From Glycera tridactyla (Eukaryota), in assembly GCA_965644265.1 (NCBI GenBank), contig OZ286461.1:65410001-65474000 (forward strand): a DNA stretch of 64,000 nt. Direction: 5' to 3'. The translations under genes were made by a program, and so were the position numbers. Every line of letters begins with the position of its first letter. Within the stretch, counting starts at the first letter, position 1. The notes beneath the pieces are model-generated. The model was not told where the DNA came from and searched no databases. It saw only the letters and a program-made list of their open reading frames with translations. Shown piece after piece: positions 52,998 to 64,000 of the stretch.

Positions 52998-55900
52998 CTG
53001 CTATGTCCATCAGTTACCTAAGTCTAAGGTGGTGTTCACTTACCCAGAATATCATTATTATTATTATTATTATCATTATTATTATTATTATTATTCATTG
53101 TCTCCATGGACAGCCTGGTGATTCTTATCAAGACAAGAACAATATCAATCAGAAAATGTGATTCCAATCTTCATTGTAAATGTTGGATCAGGTGCAGTGA
53201 AGACATCTTCATCTGTGGAACCTAAATAGCAAACGTTTTATCCTGAACATATTCTTAGAATCCACAGTGCTGTTGTCTAAATCCAAACTAGGAGGCGATC
53301 GGATAACAAGAGGACGTGCCATGCTCCTCACTAGGAGAGGATGGATGGATTATCCCGCGCAATAACCCGCCCGACAATATCGACACGCCGGTAAAACTGG
53401 CATATTATGGATGGCATATGTGGTGAGGTGGGATAAGATCGGGCTGTTAGGCTCACCACTCTGACCCCCAACAACGATCCACCGGCTGATACCCAGCATT
53501 CACACTTCTCCGTGTTCTTCCCAAATTCACACCCCTCCTAGTCTGAGGTGAGCATGCAAAAGTGTTGAATCTGGCAAGATTGTAAAGCAAATGTAAAGCC
53601 TGGTTATAGAGGTGGTAATTCCCCCTGTTCGCTTTAGACTTTGGATGAATTCACGAGAGAAGACGTAGTGAACGTGAGTTATACTAGCTACGTGATACCT
53701 TGTTAGATAAAAATGGCAGCGCACAGGCGTAGGATGTCTGGTTTGGTAGGAAGATTTGATCTAGGGACTAACTCTGGAGATTATGGCCCCCACCGGGACA
53801 TAGCCTTCTATATGTGTTGAATATTATCCGCAGAATGCGATAGGGTCACCATGGTGACTGAATATCCGAATATCACAGCAAACAATTTGTTTTGTCCCAT
53901 TAGTCGGAGTAGACAAGAAGATGGGTATCGAGGCATGAGTTGTAGTGTCTAATATACACATAGCAATCACCAGAATGATACCTCAAAAATGCTTAATAAT
54001 CAAATGACGATGAGATGGGAAGGCAGAATGTTCATATTTTATCGATGGTATGGTGAATATCACACTGATAAAAAGGCAAAATATGAGGACATCCTTTGTC
54101 TCGGTGGTGTGATTCAAGTGTCGATGGAGTTTGTTACCTTTCAATGCTATTTACTGCAGTCAAAACTGCTATTATTTCCAGTCGACATAGAACTGAAGTG
54201 AATAGGGGAAATCTGGCACTACAAGAGATGCCTGAGATAAGCAAACTGAGTCTCCTGACTTTCCACAAAATGAGATGTAAGGGCACATCCATTTTTACAT
54301 AATTAATTACAAGATATACAAGATTGAGGACACCGAAATTGGTGAGTGCTTTATTCCAGAACTTGATCCAGTTCGCAGTACTTCAGAAAAACCAAGTCAT
54401 GAATTTCAGTAGATCCTGTGTCCTCGATATGTCATCTGGAACAATCTGATACTATAATACAAACGGTCTATGTGGTACGAACGTCCACATGAGATTCCAT
54501 GTCATGACAAAGTCGTGAATCACGTGCAAATTGTTGAATATTTGGTTCTCAAGTCAACAAAATCAAACTTGTTGAATATTTGATTTCCAAACCAAGATAA
54601 ACTGACTCCGAATTCAGGTCTGCCTTTCTGCTATGCTCATTCAGCGAAACAAAAGAAGTATAGTAGGTGTAAAATGCGAGGATTCGCAGGTCTAAGAATA
54701 TGTTGTGGTGTGTCCGGTTGCGCTAGACCAGCTGATGTGACGATGCATTAGCACTGGCATTATATGCAGATACTATTTACGTCGAAATAGGCCAGTATCT
54801 AAGAGAGGCTATATGTATTCCGGGTCTACAGTTATTGGAGATAAGGTCAACATGCCCGAGGAAATTGCTTGGATAGTCATTCAGGTAAACAAGCGCCCAG
54901 CACATACGAAGTAGTCCAAACCAGCCCAATACTGTATGGTTTGATTTGTTTTATAGGTTCAACGGCATGAAGCAACCTATAGATATCCCGACCAGGGCGA
55001 GAATTCAACATTATCATGGGATGTCCACTACGCTACATTGCACCCGGTCATTTTAAATAAAGCTATTATGCTGGACCGATCCAATCGTACGGAGATCCCT
55101 TCAACATTCAAAATAGTTAGGATGATTGCCAGACTGTGGGAGATGATATGAAGTGAAATTTCACTGCCTGGCTTGATTAATGGTACTTCTGGTTTTCACA
55201 TATTGTATATCCAGCAGTGTTAATATATGTCACCTGCCTGGCACTCTTAGGGTTTGAACAGTCTTTAGACGGAGTATGACATATGAAATTGGGCAGACAG
55301 TTCCAAAACGGGAGTTACTGTGTCCCCATCACCCCTGCATACGATACATGTAGAAGGGCTTGATTGGGAGAGAGACACATGAGGAATTGAATAACTGATA
55401 CAAGTTCGATAGATAAGAGATGTGGTTATCAGAAAAGTCTTACTTATCTACCCACCTCCCTTCACCCCTCTCTCCCTTCCCCTTCCCTCCCACCCCACTA
55501 CCGATCTACCCACCTACCTCTCGACCTACNNNNNNNNNNNNNNNNNNNNNNNNNNNNNNNNNNNNNNNNNNNNNNNNNNNNNNNNNNNNNNNNNNNNNNN
55601 NNNNNNNNNNNNNNNNNNNNNNNNNNNNNNNNNNNNNNNNNNNNNNNNNNNNNNNNNNNNNNNNNNNNNNNNNNNNNNNNNNNNNNNNNNNNNNNNNNNN
55701 NNNNNNNNNNNNNNNACGTATCTGCCTGACTGCCTGACCACCTACGCACCGAAAATGAGTGTGAGAGAGAAACGAGGATAGAGGGAGAGGGAGAGGGAGA
55801 AGGAGAGAGAGCGAGAAAAAGAGAGAGAAAGAGATGCGGAAGAGAGAGTGAAAGAGAAAGAGATGAGAGACATGATTTATCCATTTGGTGATCCTGTCAT

Positions 55901-57499
55901 TGGATCTCATACCGACCTTATAATGGAGATATCAGGAAACTTTTTTGGGGGAAGAGAAAAGAAACAGTTTTCAAGAAAAAGATCCGTTTTCAAGTGACTA
56001 GCACTAGTAACAGTGGGTTGAATTGTTCCTATTGCCCATTCGCCAGTTTTCTATGATAGATGAAATTCTTCTGATACATCAGACTAAATACCTCCAAGTA
56101 TGTGCTCAGACAGTGGTCATTCCGCGAGGAACAGATTTGACATTTGTGGCATGAGCGAATCGGTAAGCGAATCGTCGAAATACACGATTGTGTGATGGTG
56201 CATGCGTCGCCCACAAACACCGCCATTAAGAGAGCTGCTAACAAACATGATGACGCCGCCAGACATTATCACGCTGTGTCGTGCCACCCTATAGGCGGGC
56301 TACAAACAGCGACAACCAATCATCATCAATCTACACCTCTCATTACTCCAGTAATTGGATGCATGGATACTGCTTACCATTCTCTCTGCTTGTTCCACTG
56401 AGAGAGGCAGATCAATTATTCAGCGAACAATGTCGTTTTCTGAACTATATGACAAAATATCGGCAGCCTCTCCTGTTCCACTAATGCGTCAGTTCTCATT
56501 TGACGTTGCTTCATTTCCCCAATACTGATTTTGTGACTTCGATGCAAGGTTCATGAATAGGTGTTATCTGATACACCTGATGGGCCGCCAATGATAGGGT
56601 TGGGGAGGTGTGATTCACCACCGATTCAGCACCATATGTGCTCTATTTATAGCCATGCAATGGACATGCGGGATCAATCAGGACACCCCTTCTGTGTCCC
56701 TAATGGAAGGATGAACCCCATTATATTCAGTCTGTCGTTCATTAGTCTTACTCATAGGGAAAAATGATGACCCGAGAGGCAAGAATCACTTCCATCGGAA
56801 ATGAGCACCGATAAACGCACTCATACCTGATGATTTTCAGGAGTGAAAAAGATACATCACTGGATGTGGTATCAGATAAATGGTGACATCGAACCATTAT
56901 CTTGTAGAGCCAAATCATCACCTTATGTGGATGTGTCTCATTATTTTGAGAACGCATCTGAGATAGCACAGCGGAGTCATCGAGTAAAAATCCCTCGGTA
57001 GAATTAGGCGTATTTTCACCAGCGGTTGCTCCTACATACAGTGGGTTCTGTGTGCATTAGCAACATGTGTTTAATATAATAAGCTCAATCAATGATCTGT
57101 GTCATGATCCTCTCCATACAGCAATGTTTGGAAATTCTGTTCAAGATTGATATATAGATGGTCCCAACCTCATGCTCATAATGACCGATTTCTCTGAATC
57201 TGTCGGATAAGAACTACTGATTTATGTGGTCGGAATCGAAGGATCACAGTCGCTGGGGTAACTGAAGAATGCACAAAACCTTCGGCGTTATGTGATCTCG
57301 GTTAACTCCTACTCATGTGATTCCTCAATTTTGAGCGGCTCAATCATTTGTACTTGCTATGATATCTAAACACGGGTGACAAACAGCTTGGAAGTGTTTC
57401 AAACACTGGTCACGCCAAAGGTATTGGTCTGACTACACAAGTCACTGTTTCCGAACAGCAGTGAGAGGGATCCGAGAGAAAACAAAGTGACGTACGGTG

Positions 57500-58200
57500 A
57501 TTCCATGCATTGCGGCCCATGTCAGAGTGCTCGGTAACATTTCAATCAGGCACGGATCATTTGTATGATCTTCTTAGTTTGTGATACATGAGATGAATCC
57601 TGCAGTATTCATCATACAACTGCTACGTCGCAATTCAATATTGTACGTGTTGAAATGTGTCTGAAAATGTCTCCTCAATAGTGATGGTCCAGACCGAAGG
57701 TGCAGTTCTGAGGGTTTTCAGTTGATCTCATTAACATATGAGTGAATCTGATGGACGTTACACGATTTCAGCGGAATCTGTCCGCTCGATATCAATCGAT
57801 AACCCTAATCCCCTCTTTTGTGGATTGATTTAACTCCTCGAACATTTCTCTGCTTGATTGCACTCTGTTGTCAAACATGGTGTCAGATGGTTGGTCGATC
57901 ACGTGCGATACCCGTGACGAATGTCTTCTGTGAGTGTCTCAATGGAAATTCTGCCGAATCATCTATCATATAGTGGAACAAGGCACTAGAGGGTCGAGAT
58001 ATCGGTCGGTATATCCGACAGAAACTTATGTCCACAGCATTTACAAAGTCTGGTAGGCGTACCGCTTCTAGGAAATTGCTGTCTGGTTGCGGGAAAGTGG
58101 CAAGAAAGCCACCCATCATCAAGCTGCTGAGGGTGTGGTTGCAAGGGTGTCATGCAAGATGGGATAGCTGCCTGACGTGGCCACTTACAATCTATAAACT
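57500..58200 (-). pseudogene. Decayed L2-type endonuclease fragment
   Basis: Track ORF 57883..58122 contains CRIYRPISRPSS.LFH.MIDD (IYRPP-like). TFQHVQY and EHSD fragments lie downstream. Confidence 0.3.
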
Positions 58201-60177
58201 AGAAGAACTAGTTCTCACCTATGGAAATGGAGAGAGAAGGAATGTATGGATGACTAAAGATATCGATGAATGGAGGGGTGGATTGACGGATAGACAGACG
58301 AACAGACTGACATATTGACCTTTGACTTCGATTGTTACATGGCGAGTCAGCGTTGGCGTGTACACATCACGTGACCAGGCATGGTCATAACAACCGTGCG
58401 CTGACCTCTAGGGTTACCGCCTGTTTCCATACCAGCACAGTAGCAGGCGATTGCATACACTCTTGACGCGATATCGGATGATGAAGTGCATAGATTAAAA
58501 TANNNNNNNNNNNNNNNNNNNNNNNNNNNNNNNNNNNNNNNNNNNNNNNNNNNNNNNNNNNNNNNNNNNNNNNNNNNNNNNNNNNNNNNNNNNNNNNNNN
58601 NNNNNNNNNNNNNNNNNNNNNNNNNNNNNNNNNNNNNNNNNNNNNNNNNNNNNNNNNNNNNNNNNNNNNNNNNNNNACTTCCATTCACTCTCACACACGA
58701 GCACTGATGGATGACTGTGCCTGACAAATTGTCCCCCATTGACATTGTCGTAGCAGTCATATTTGTTGTTGCTACTGCAGTCAAAACAATTTGGTAGTTT
58801 ATATGCACATAGGGGGAGTGATAGGAATCCCGTCTCCAGCATCATACCACAGTCAGAACAAACCCATTATCAACGTACTGTCACATTCGTGAGTATAATA
58901 CGAGTTGTCTCGAGTATACTTGTGTGCCATTCTCTTGTGGTATATAATACGTCCCCTATTAACATATTATTCATATTGCATCAGCCTGAAAATACCTTGA
59001 TCAAATGGTGGCATTTTAGGTCGGGTATCACAAATATCATAGAACATCGTATTGCCTGAACTATTCACATATGCTATACTTGTTCTTTAGTTATAGAATA
59101 TCACCGTTCAGGGTGTCTTGTGCTTCTGCTCTATGTTCAGGTGCTGATTGTGTCTGATGGGAAAGCCCGTTATATGATCCTACCGGGTTCATTGCTCTTT
59201 GTCAATATTGAGAATTCTCAACAGTCTGCGAGTCTTACGCTCTGTCATATATTTGACGATGATCTCATAGGAGTAGTCTGAGCCATTTCTCAACAAATGG
59301 TCATGAGCACATTGGAAGTAGCTTGGATATGATATGAGGTGGCTCATGTGAATAAATTGACACAAGCTATCTGTATGTCATGCTCATATCCCATCCAGTA
59401 GAATTATCAGTCATCGTTCATTCTCACATATACACCATCATAAGTTCGAATTTTATGTTTGTTGTATGATTGTTGTCCAAGTGTGTGTTTGGTTTCCTGA
59501 CGTGTCATTTGTGTGTGTGGATGAGCCGCCACTTCTAGCATCCAGCTATCCTCACCAACCTCATGCTATCGTCAGATATAATCCAGAACATGACCACTGG
59601 ATTAGTAGAAGAGGCATGAACTCCGCGGATCACCGGCAAACACAAAGTGAGCTTCACGAAACTTGCCGTTATGATAACGAAAGCATATGCTGTCAGCTAG
59701 TGGGATTTTGAGAGATCCATGTGTTTTTAATATGGAAATGTGTCATATCATGCACTTGTTTTTTCAAGTGACCTCCACATTACATTTGGATTAGTGATGT
59801 ACAACATTCGGAAGGTTTGTCAAAAACATGAATGCCTTGAAGTGTACAGGGAACAAACTTCATCTGTGTGCTAGTGTTGAAGTTTATAAGACTGAATATC
59901 GAGTGACTTTCTGGGATGACTAGACATTGGCGACCGTACTGGTGCATATCTGTTTTCATCGTACATTCATCACGTTCAGAGCGGTCCGGGTGGATCTGGG
60001 CGATTAGGATGCTATTTTCCTCGGCTTAGCAAGTTAGCGAGTCAGTTTAGGTGGAGCCAGGCAAACAAGGATGACGAAATGTTCAGCTGGGGGGTGTATT
60101 GATCGATGGTACGAGAGGCGTCTGCTGGATGTGATCCGACGAGTCCTCAACCAGTACAAGTCCTCATCTTGCCAACA

Positions 60178-60265
60178 TACTCACACATACGCCTGTAAAT
60201 GCACATATACATGCACATGCATATGCACATATACATCCATATGCAAATGTACATATACATATATG
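60178..60265. repeat. Degenerate (CATATA/CACATA)n tract
   Basis: Read directly from the sequence. Confidence 0.85.
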
Positions 60266-60888
60266 CTGATCGTATACTGTCGATGTTGGTGTCCTCATTC
60301 AATTCGTCCCTATATGTACTTATGAATATGATATTGGTAATTTGTGTGTATTTGGTGATTTGTCGTGGTCATTTCTCACCTCCATATGAATATAAAATTA
60401 TAGCCCTTATAAGCCTAGATTTTGCTTGTTTGCGTGTACTGCTTTGGTACTTGTGCCTGCTGTTGGCAACTTTGAACAAACTATACGCAGGCGGCCGAGA
60501 TAGGCTAGTTTCGTCATGTACCAGATGACCGCCGATAAACCAGAGAATACTTCTGATAGTGGATCACCGTTTACCACACATAAGTCATTTATATTCAACT
60601 CAAGTCCATTATAAATAACAATAATCAAAGAAATACCTGAAGTTGATTTACTGTAGAATGACCTTATAAATGGCATAATATTTAACTTAGTTCAAAACTA
60701 CCTATTCCTGCCAAGGACCAATTACCGCCGAATGTAATTATTGAGAATTGAACAAAGCATTTAATTAACACACAAAATATATATGTGTTGAAAAATAGTC
60801 ATGCTTATTATTACCCATACAACCTGCGCCATAAAATGTTAAAACATAAAATAAAAATGAAAATGCTATAATAATTTACTATATATTT

Positions 60889-61794
60889 TTGCAGATAGAA
60901 GTCGAGCTTGCAGACCGGATTGCTATGGACAGGGTGAACTGGACGTGGGAAAAATGCCCTGTGTATCGTAGAAGAGTTCTGATTGACGAGTATGGCACTC
61001 CTGATGTCACAATACTAGGAAGTAGCCATGTATGGCGATTGGGGAAATTTGTTTCAAAATTACCACCTAGAAACAATCTACGACTCCTAATGGAGGAATG
61101 GACATACATGGGCATAAGTGGGGCTAGTTGGGCCTGTTTCAGGAATGAATTGATGGGAAATTTTGCTAATACCCCCGCTGGAAAGAAGAAAGAAAGATTT
61201 TATGGCAATTCGCTTGAAAAATTACAAGAATCAAACACGGTGCCCAACTATATCGTCTTGATACTTGGATCCAATGACATCGATAGATTCAACACAAGCC
61301 TTCGAAGACTCCCATATCAGTATAGAGATCCTCGTATTCGTAATAGAGTGATAGCAAAAATGCGGATCCAGAAATTCCAGAAACTCACACAATGTATTAT
61401 AGATGTCCTACAATTGCTTCATGAGTATTATCCTCTGACCACATTTAGTATGGTACCAATTACCTGGCGACCAGGATGGGTGGATGAGGCAAGAGTACTG
61501 GCATTATGGGTGGACAACTTTCTGAGAAATACATTGAAACCACCAATGTTTCCTCGGCAGCTGCATTTCATACATAGTCATCATTTGTTTGTCAAACCAT
61601 TCAAGACAGGAGATCTTTCTACCATGGGAGGCATTTCTAAGAGGAAACGAAGAGTAAAGAGACCATGTACCCATGGAGACATCCTTAATGGGATGTTTCT
61701 GCCAGACAGAACCCACCTGAACAACCATGGAAATCTTGGTCTGTGTTATTCCATTGTTGGGACTGTTCTAGATAATTGGTTTTATGCCAATTAG
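60889..61794 (+). CDS. SGNH/GDSL-type hydrolase (esterase) ORF, probably transposon-derived (ORF1-like)
   Basis: This is a 301-codon open frame. Block I is ILGSSHV (61018-61029), block II GISGASW, block III LILGSND (61267-61278) and block V PDRTHLN (61705-61716). The track start is a TTG; the first ATG is at 60925. An AT-rich tract ending in ttttgcag gives an in-frame phase-0 splice acceptor at 60894/60895. Confidence 0.85.
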   Translation: MQIEVELADRIAMDRVNWTWEKCPVYRRRVLIDEYGTPDVTILGSSHVWRLGKFVSKLPPRNNLRLLMEEWTYMGISGASWACFRNELMGNFANTPAGKKKERFYGNSLEKLQESNTVPNYIVLILGSNDIDRFNTSLRRLPYQYRDPRIRNRVIAKMRIQKFQKLTQCIIDVLQLLHEYYPLTTFSMVPITWRPGWVDEARVLALWVDNFLRNTLKPPMFPRQLHFIHSHHLFVKPFKTGDLSTMGGISKRKRRVKRPCTHGDILNGMFLPDRTHLNNHGNLGLCYSIVGTVLDNWFYAN

Positions 61795-62488
61795 AATAGT
61801 CAAGCAGAATATATGGCATGACTAACCACTTGATATTGTAACAACATTTGCATTCTCATACTGGCATGTGAAAAATTGTTTTTCTCTGTGATTTATAGGA
61901 TGTCAGCTGTGTTGGGAACCAGGATGAGGCTAACATGGCCACTACAGTAAATGGGATATATCTGGAATCTTACAATTCATAAGTGTTCTTGTGTTGCAAT
62001 GACAATTACTGCCCTGTGACTGTATCAGGATGCAATGATGCTGCTGAGTTCTCATATTGATTCAATAGTCCACAGTCGCATGCCTGTATCCTGATGCATC
62101 ACACTCAGGGAGGTCTAATTCAATATCTTGAAATTTAATTCAAGTCTCTTCAATAATTATAATTCCTACCTTGGTTGATCTGTCATGTGTCTCTCACCAG
62201 CTAATGCTGTGGTCCTATGAAATGATCGACTCATGTAGGAAATACCAAAATCACAAAGTTGGGGTAAAATAAATCCTTAAAAACATTAAGGATGGCAATC
62301 AGTATTTACCAGGATTAAGAAAGATCTCAGAAGCAATATGGTAAGATGTTAATTGCTGTAGTGGTTTGGATGAGCCGAAAGGTAATTCATGTTGATTATT
62401 CTAAAGGATGTATTGACCTGTTAAGACCAACTACTGATTATAATTGGATGGCAAAGGGAATCTAGAAAGTACTGGTAACCCAAATTGT

Positions 62489-62894
62489 TATCTCGAGGAT
62501 TAACAGAATTTGCATTGAAATTAATATTGATGATGTGTTTTAGATCATGAAAATTATTTTGTCCTACTTTCACTTCAGCATTAATTGACTAATTGAAATC
62601 ATGGCTGATTCTGACCACCACTGGATACAGAATCCTTTCATCCTATTGTGTTGTGATTATAAAAATTACCAGAATATTTTTGACCATGATAAGTATCTAC
62701 TATTACTATCTCGAGGATAAACAGAATTTGCATTGAAATCAATTTTGATGATGTGTTTTAGATCATGAAAATTATTTTGTTGTATTCTCATTTCAGCATT
62801 AATTGACTAATTGGAATCATGGCTGATTCTGACCACCACTGGATATAGAATCCTTTCATCTTATTATGTTGTGATTAGAAAATTACCAGAATAT
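62489..62894 (+). repeat. ~218-bp tandem duplication (2 copies)
   Basis: TATCTCGAGGAT.AACAGAATTTGCATTGAAA...AATTACCAGAATAT starts at 62489 and 62707, with scattered substitutions. Confidence 0.9.
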
Positions 62895-63635
62895 CACTGG
62901 ATACCAACAAATTTTCATATTATGTGGTGTAGAAATTGTCATGTGACAACATACATAGTTGATGACAATCAGGCATTTTCTTCCTGTAGTCATAGTTTAC
63001 TTCATTTTATTTCACTAGTTAAACCCGATGTAGAGCTAGTTAATTATTATTATTTGTATCCATTCGAATTTTGCTCATAATTGTGACCATGTTTATGACA
63101 TTATATCACTTGAGTGGTGGTTGAATATTAGGGGTGTCTTAGAGTTAGGATGTACTATGCAACCTCCAGACACAGATGTGAGAACAATTTTGTAAACGTC
63201 TCCTCTTTTTTGATGTAATTGACCGATTTTCAAATTCAAGTTTTATATGGACCCAGTGGTTGAAATATAGACATTATATGCTTCTTGGAGTATTTTTAAG
63301 AAATACCACCTTTCGTCAAACCATCGATTTATATACCTCAGTACTTTAATTCCAGATTAATGGAAATATTTTTGATTATTATGAAGAGTATTCGTAGAAT
63401 AGATATTTTTACGAAGGCATTAAATTAAAATATCTGCCATCCCACGTGCAACCCCTCTTCTCCTTCCCATATCGAGTTTATGAGTGAATATGGGATTTGC
63501 TGCTCTTGATTATAGGCTGGAGTAGAACCTCTAATTAGATCACAACTCAAGAAACGCTATCTTGTGAAATTGAGCTAAGTCACTTAGCAGTGTTATCTGG
63601 GTTTCAGTCATATCATCTCATTCTATATTATCATC

Positions 63636-64000
63636 ATGTCAGATCCTGTAAATATACAACCAAGTCTGGGACAAGATATAATAAGCAATACCTTACAACT
63701 TGATTCAGTGGATGATATTCTTAAATTGAAAGGGGTAAAGTTTGCACATCTAAATATACGAAGTGTATTAAATAAAATAAGTGACCTACACATAATGCTA
63801 GTACAAAGTAAAATAGATGTAATGGTGATCTCGGAATCATTCCTAACAGATAAGATTGAAACCTCTGAGATTACAATCCCCAACTATTATACAATTAGGG
63901 CGGATAGAACCAGAGCAAGTGGAAAACTGATGGGTGGGGGATTATTGATTTATATAAGGAATGATAGGATTGTAGAGCTGGTTGAAAATAGTGTTATATG
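63636..64000 (+). CDS. N-terminus of non-LTR retrotransposon ORF2, APE-type endonuclease (CR1/L2-group-like); runs off the window
   Basis: Manual translation from ATG 63636 is open to the window end: MSDPVNIQ...KGVKFAHLNIRSVLNKI...IDVMVISESFL...IPNYYTIRADR...GGGLLIYIR. These are the APE motifs HLNIRS, xSExxL and RxDR..GGG. The ORF is not in the supplied track. Confidence 0.92.
   Translation, partial: MSDPVNIQPSLGQDIISNTLQLDSVDDILKLKGVKFAHLNIRSVLNKISDLHIMLVQSKIDVMVISESFLTDKIETSEITIPNYYTIRADRTRASGKLMGGGLLIYIRNDRIVELVENSVI

Overview
This is repeat-rich eukaryotic DNA, most likely a gapped draft assembly of an invertebrate animal (inference from the microsatellite load, the 11 N-gaps, the transposon families and the absence of operon structure). 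Only three coding stretches are clearly recognisable. The first is a Penelope-like retroelement (RT + GIY-YIG, Neptune-like; 8971-10841, frameshifted near 9070, 5' end lost in a gap). The second is a stand-alone SGNH-hydrolase ORF with all four catalytic blocks (60889-61794). The third is the start of an APE-endonuclease LINE ORF2 that the ORF track missed (63636 to window end). The rest is microsatellites, MITEs, SINEs, heavily decayed LINE and DIRS relics, a CpG-rich putative divergent promoter at 34.5-35.65 kb and a few candidate host exons I could not assign to a known gene. I found no CRISPR array, rRNA or intact tRNA, and no convincing wholly new system. The best leads are an apparently intact minimal hammerhead ribozyme at 52935-52997 (-), the SGNH ORF upstream of the LINE endonuclease, a two-copy SINE that seems to join a tRNA-type A box to a 5S-rRNA-like box C, and a foldback-like repeat between two oppositely oriented promoter halves. 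All homology calls come from motif recognition by eye; no searches were run.
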